NCBI GenBank assembly: GCA_951813565.1
Contig: OX638351.1
Coordinates: 2,112,001-2,176,000 of the forward strand
Direction: 5' to 3'
Length of the DNA: 64,000 nucleotides
Source of the DNA: an uncultured Poribacteria bacterium
GTDB lineage: Bacteria > Poribacteria > WGA-4E > WGA-3G
The notes under the pieces were generated by a model, which searched no databases, was not told the origin of the DNA, and saw only the letters and a list, made by a program, of their open reading frames with translations. How positions within the stretch are numbered: the stretch's first letter is position 1; every line of letters begins with the position of its first letter. Of this stretch, positions 59,592 to 64,000 are shown piece by piece. The position numbers and the translations under genes are program-made.

Positions 59592-60580
59592 CTGTTACTG
59601 GTGCCGTTATAAAAAATATCATTCGCAAACTTTTTGCAGGAGAGGATTATCGCACCGAAGTTCTGGCTTTGATTAATGCTAAGTTTTTGCAATATGCTGT
59701 AGACTTTTTCAAGCGTGTAGCTTGGGCAAAGCTGGATAATAAATCTGTAACAGTTGACTGGTACAAAAAGGAATTTCTCAATTCAGATTCATTCCGTCCA
59801 GAAGAAATTGCTATTCATTCAGGTCTAAATAAGAAAACAATTACAAATGCATACAATTCAGCTAAGAAACAAATTGTGTTAGAAGCATCCTTAGAACATT
59901 ATGATACTCTCTATAACGCTATTAACAGTTTGACTGAACAAGATGACCTTGATGTGACACTCACAATAAAATTTCGAGATGTTAGTGTTGATTTGAATGT
60001 TAATGAAAGTTTAATTGTTATCAATACACTCGCTGTTAAACGTTCTGCGCTCCGTGGAGCGTTTTGGAGCACATCAGGAAAACAGGTCGAAAAACCGTTA
60101 ATGGTGACGCTTTGTGCGCTTTTCCAAGTGCCGAAAAAGTGCTTTGACCAAAAGAATCTTCCAGAATCGGAACGCGAATCCGATTTTTATCTCTTTGATG
60201 AAACAGGTAAGGATTATCCTTGTGAAGTAAAGTTGATGGGAAAAGGCAACCCCGAAAGCGCTGATGCAGTGTTCGCTCGTGGTAGCCGCGTTCTTGTAGC
60301 TAATAAACTCTCTGATACTAACAAACAACAGATGGATAAAGATGGTATTCACTGGGTAGAACTTCAAACTCAAGATGGATACAAACGATTTGAACAAGTG
60401 TTAAAGGCACTGTCAATCCCTTGTAAACCTTTTACTGGAAATCTTGAAGAAGCGTTAGAAAAAATTTTATCTCTTATTCTTTCCGATGATGTTCAAGATT
60501 CTGTAACCCCAGAGATGGTTTTGCAGGAGAATCTACTGAGTAACAACTCCGACTCAGAATTATTGGTAGAATTTGACTGA
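59588..60580 (+). CDS. Type II restriction endonuclease, CfrBI-family-like
   Basis: WSTSGKQVEKPLM, RESDF...CEVKLMGKGNPESAD PD-(D/E)xK core; ATGA overlap with the MTase. Confidence 0.82.
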   Translation: MTVTGAVIKNIIRKLFAGEDYRTEVLALINAKFLQYAVDFFKRVAWAKLDNKSVTVDWYKKEFLNSDSFRPEEIAIHSGLNKKTITNAYNSAKKQIVLEASLEHYDTLYNAINSLTEQDDLDVTLTIKFRDVSVDLNVNESLIVINTLAVKRSALRGAFWSTSGKQVEKPLMVTLCALFQVPKKCFDQKNLPESERESDFYLFDETGKDYPCEVKLMGKGNPESADAVFARGSRVLVANKLSDTNKQQMDKDGIHWVELQTQDGYKRFEQVLKALSIPCKPFTGNLEEALEKILSLILSDDVQDSVTPEMVLQENLLSNNSDSELLVEFD

Positions 60581-60758
60581 AAATCTTGGATATTAATACT
60601 TCAATCCTATCGGTGGTCTACCTTTCATAGATGGCGAAACATAGTCGCAGAAGATGCACTAATATGGTTTCGTCATCTCGAAATAACCTTATTTGACAAA
60701 CAGCGATCTGAAAAAACACACATAAAACCGAATTTTATTTAACGAATGTAAATTTTTA

Positions 60759-60787
60759 TTGACTTATAATGAAAAATATGTTATGCT
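60759..60787 (+). promoter_or_regulatory. Sigma70 promoter
   Basis: TTGACT-17 nt-TATGCT with extended -10 TG. Confidence 0.6.
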
Positions 60788-60821
60788 AAAATAATGATAC
60801 TAAAATTTACGGAGAAATACT

Positions 60822-61661
60822 ATGTCTGAAGAAAAAAAGAATGAAATCGCTCCTGTAGATGCTGAATATGAGGTTGTTGACCAAGTTGATGACCAAGCAA
60901 TCGTTGAACTGATGACTGGACAGACAATCCAAGATTACGTTTACTCTTTCAAACAAGGGGGACGCGTCGTTGAAGGGTTGACGTTGGCAGGTATTAACGA
61001 AGCTGCGAACCGAAGAGGTGGTATTCAGGTAGAAGAGATGAAGTATGAGGAACTTGAGCATTCCTGGATTGCCACTGTCAAAGCAGTAGATACGATCACA
61101 GGTTCATCTCGTTGGGGTGCGTATGAACAGCCGAAGATGAACGGGAGTCGTTCCGATCCGTTTGCATTTACTAAAGCGGTTCATAAAGCACAACGGAATG
61201 CAATCAAACAGTTGCTACCTGTTCCAGTAATTCGTGAGGTGCTAAATTTCTATCTGCATCGCAAAGCAGGCGGCGGCAATGCCCAGCAACAACCTCAAAC
61301 ACCACAGTCCGGTGATAATATCACTAACGCACAAAAAGCTGCTTTCGCAATTGCGAATAAGTTGTCAGAACCACTTGAAAAGGCAAGTATCAGTAAGGCA
61401 GACCTCTGGAACTATATTAAACGCAAGTACAGCGTAGAATCCCGAAATGACATGTCCGAACAGCAGTGGACACAACTTGCCGCAGAACTCAAAGCTGCAG
61501 AAACTACACCGAAATTGCTTGACGAACTGAGCAACCGTATTAAGCAATTAACCGCCGCAAATGAGGAAAGTGAAGTGCCTACTGTTAAAGAATCGGACGA
61601 GACTGAAACTTACAATGAAGCCGAAACCGATAAAACCGAATCTAAGGAACCCAATTTTTAA
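60822..61661 (+). CDS. Hypothetical protein, possible Rad52/Sak-like single-strand annealing protein
   Basis: Beta3-alpha pattern ending DPFAFTKAVHKAQRNAIKQLLP; ITNAQ..helical module; acidic tail ending in F. Confidence 0.55.
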   Translation: MSEEKKNEIAPVDAEYEVVDQVDDQAIVELMTGQTIQDYVYSFKQGGRVVEGLTLAGINEAANRRGGIQVEEMKYEELEHSWIATVKAVDTITGSSRWGAYEQPKMNGSRSDPFAFTKAVHKAQRNAIKQLLPVPVIREVLNFYLHRKAGGGNAQQQPQTPQSGDNITNAQKAAFAIANKLSEPLEKASISKADLWNYIKRKYSVESRNDMSEQQWTQLAAELKAAETTPKLLDELSNRIKQLTAANEESEVPTVKESDETETYNEAETDKTESKEPNF

Positions 61662-61673
61662 CAATAGGAAACA

Positions 61674-63017
61674 ATGTCTCTCAAAGCAGGATCCGCCAGA
61701 TCAAATATCACACCGCCACTTGGAACAGCAATACCAGGTGGATTTCGTCCGAGATACGCGCAAAACGTTGGTGATGAACTGTTCGCTAAGGCACTCGTCA
61801 TTGATAACGGTTCAACACGCATAGCGCTTGTCACATGTGACCTTATTGCAGTGACACAGAAAATGGTTGATGTCGCCAAACAACGTATCGCCGATAGGTG
61901 CGACATACCTCCTGAACATGTGATGATCAACGCTACGCATACGCATACAGCGGTTGCAGTTGCTAACCTGCTTGGCGTTGACGAGGATACTGATTATACC
62001 GATTGGGTACCCTTGAAAATCGCTGATGCTGCTGAACTTGCTGTGTTGCGGCTTGTACCAGCACGGGTTGGATTTGCAAGTGTTTCTGAAGACCGCATCA
62101 CTTTCAATCGGCGTTGGCACATGAAAGATGGCACCGTTCGCATGAATCCGGGTATTGAACATCCCGATCTTGTTAAACCGACCGGTCCAATTGACCCTGA
62201 ACTCGCAATGATGTATGTTGAAACGGAAGACAAAATACCGATCTCAGCAGTTGCTAACTTCTCGCTTCACTACATTGGCACGGACAACGGCAGCGCACTT
62301 TCTGCCGATTACTTTGGACACTTTGACCACCTGATGCAACGCTATTTAGGCGAAACTTGTATTTCACTGCTTTGGAATGCAGCATCGGGACAAATAAACA
62401 ATATTGATTTCAGCGGACAAACAAAGTGGACAGCACGGGGACATCAGCAAGCAGTGAAAATGGCGAACGTCCTCGCAGGGCATTTCATCACTGAGATGCA
62501 GTTCATGGAGATGCATGAAACCTTACAACTCAGTGGAAAACTTGGTACGTTGACGTTTCCGAGAAAGCAAATCACATCCGAGGACCTTGAAGTCGCAGAA
62601 AAGGTATTATCAGTAGAAACAGGTACTTATGATGGATATGAAACTGGTCCCTTTAGTTGGGTGGTTGGGCAACCGATTCCGAAAAATCTTGTGGATATTT
62701 ATGCACTTGAATGCCAACGGTTAGCGAAATTACCGGAACAGATGACTGCACCGGCTCAAGTGCTGCGTCTTGGTGAGGCTGCGATTGTCGCATTGCCTGG
62801 GGAAGTTTTCGTTGAGACTGGTCTTAACATCAAATCAAAATCCGATGCCAAACCTCTTTTTCTTGTCAGCTTGGCAAACGGTTATATCGGCTATATCTGC
62901 ACGGACGAAGCGTTAACGCAGCAGGGCGGATACGAGACTTGGGCGGCGATGTCGTCCCTTCCTGATGTTGGCACAGTAACGGCTATGGAAGCACTCGTTG
63001 CTGCATTGTTGGGTTAG
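61674..63017 (+). CDS. Neutral/alkaline ceramidase-like hydrolase
   Basis: NITPPLG, LFAKALV, NATHTHT, SADYFG, LPGEVF, LANGYIGY, GGYET. Confidence 0.85.
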   Translation: MSLKAGSARSNITPPLGTAIPGGFRPRYAQNVGDELFAKALVIDNGSTRIALVTCDLIAVTQKMVDVAKQRIADRCDIPPEHVMINATHTHTAVAVANLLGVDEDTDYTDWVPLKIADAAELAVLRLVPARVGFASVSEDRITFNRRWHMKDGTVRMNPGIEHPDLVKPTGPIDPELAMMYVETEDKIPISAVANFSLHYIGTDNGSALSADYFGHFDHLMQRYLGETCISLLWNAASGQINNIDFSGQTKWTARGHQQAVKMANVLAGHFITEMQFMEMHETLQLSGKLGTLTFPRKQITSEDLEVAEKVLSVETGTYDGYETGPFSWVVGQPIPKNLVDIYALECQRLAKLPEQMTAPAQVLRLGEAAIVALPGEVFVETGLNIKSKSDAKPLFLVSLANGYIGYICTDEALTQQGGYETWAAMSSLPDVGTVTAMEALVAALLG

Positions 63018-63142
63018 CCCGAATTTGTCTCTCATAAGTGTCAATTTAGCGTTACTTCAAAACGGTAGATGCGGTTTCTAACCGCATCGGTCAAAGTATA
63101 TTATTAATTGTGAATTTACTACTGTCAATTCTACTTATTCTA

Positions 63143-63334
63143 ACCCAAGTTGTTACCTATTGAATTTAATCGGTTTCGTTCTTTCTACTTGGAATGTTTA
63201 ATCTTCCGCTCCAGCGGAGCGATATGTTTATAGCATGCACATAGTCTCATTCTTCCGCTCCAGCGGAGCGATATGTGAGAATTTTGAGCATGTTGAGTAG
63301 ATATGTTGTCTTGTGTTTAGGTGGCAACTTACGT
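63143..63334. mobile_element. MITE of the ACCYAAGTTGCCACCTA family with 7-bp TSD
   Basis: acccaagttgttaccta / taggtggcaacttacgt; TSD tattcta at 63136-63142 and 63335-63341; two copies of tcttccgctccagcggagcgatatgt inside. Confidence 0.85.
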
Positions 63335-63366
63335 TATTCTAACAAACCTCTCAAAAGGAGTTTATC

Positions 63367-64000
63367 ATGAAAAGAACACTTGTGTTTCTCACGGTAATTG
63401 GTATGCTTATCATTTTTGCATCGCTTAGTAAGGCTAATCCCCCGGACGGATTAGTGCTGCATCTGAGTTTTGATAAAAACACCATTGATGGCAATACCGT
63501 TAAAGATCTGTCTGAAGAAGGCAATGATGGAACGATTCACGGCGAGGCAAAGACAGCTGCTGGGAAGTACGGCGAAGCGTTGGAGTTTGATGGTACGGAT
63601 GACTTTGTTGAAGTACCATTGGTAGATTCAATTACCTTTTCTACTGGCGATTCACTCACAGTACAGGTGTGGATCAAAACAGATGATCAGCCGCCAAGGA
63701 ACGATGGGATTGTCGGAAACTATAAACAAGGGACTGTTCCGTTATGGCTGCTCTCTGTCAAGGGAGACGACGCAGCGGCTCGTGGCAAGGTAAGTTTTTC
63801 TGTTCGGGATCCGGAACGCACCAGTGCTGGGGTAACGTCTCCGGACTTCTTGAACGATGACAAATGGCATGTCCTCGCTGGTGTCCGAGACCAGGAAGCA
63901 AAAAAAGTCCGATTCTACGTGGATGGTACGTTGATTGATGAAGTTGATGACAACACAAAGGACATCAACAGCGGACAGTCTATATGGATTGGAGAGCATT
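63367..64000 (+). CDS. Secreted LamG/concanavalin A-like protein, 3'-truncated by window edge (not in the ORF track)
   Basis: AAGGAG RBS; MKRTLVFL...GLVLHLSFD...VKDLSEEGNDGTIHG...GKYGEALEFDGTDDFVEV...DDKWHVLAGV...FYVDG. Confidence 0.88.
   Translation, partial: MKRTLVFLTVIGMLIIFASLSKANPPDGLVLHLSFDKNTIDGNTVKDLSEEGNDGTIHGEAKTAAGKYGEALEFDGTDDFVEVPLVDSITFSTGDSLTVQVWIKTDDQPPRNDGIVGNYKQGTVPLWLLSVKGDDAAARGKVSFSVRDPERTSAGVTSPDFLNDDKWHVLAGVRDQEAKKVRFYVDGTLIDEVDDNTKDINSGQSIWIGEH

Noticed and set aside
58020..61661. Prophage or integrative island around the R-M and SSAP-like genes
   Set aside because: No integrase, att repeats, tRNA or phage structural genes seen
63202..63276. Two 26-bp direct repeats as a mini-CRISPR
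   Set aside because: Two copies only, inside a TIR/TSD element, same family as the REPs at 30.9-31.1 kb

Overview
Bacterial chromosomal window of moderately low GC. The gene content (LamG and TPR proteins, PhyH dioxygenases, sulfatase, DUF1549/DUF1553, secreted proteins ending in a V-x-P-x-x-K-[LV]-A-x-x-W-x-x-[IL]-K motif) suggests Candidatus Poribacteria, which is an inference. There is a housekeeping core (murB; rpsF-ssb-rpsR-rplI-dnaB-mlaEFD-radA-PIN/TRAM-ispD-ispF-cysS; dprA; accA; tsaE), catabolic genes, and a CfrBI-like restriction-modification pair with a HEAT-repeat-fused methyltransferase. There is also an intact-looking IS607 element and an intact-looking IS605-group element, each with TnpB. 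The most unusual signal is intergenic. (1) A 404-bp protein-free IS605 derivative (5809-6212) keeps valid ends and a covarying omegaRNA scaffold, and adds its own promoter and a structured 5' RNA domain. (2) A family of 34-35-nt 'CAAATCAAC + hairpin' micro-insertions lands at C^G steps inside REP hairpins and inside each other; empty-site copies exist in the same window. (3) At least eight terminal-inverted-repeat (TIR) MITE families wrap REP cargo in mixed combinations, including a five-level nest at 8872-9492.
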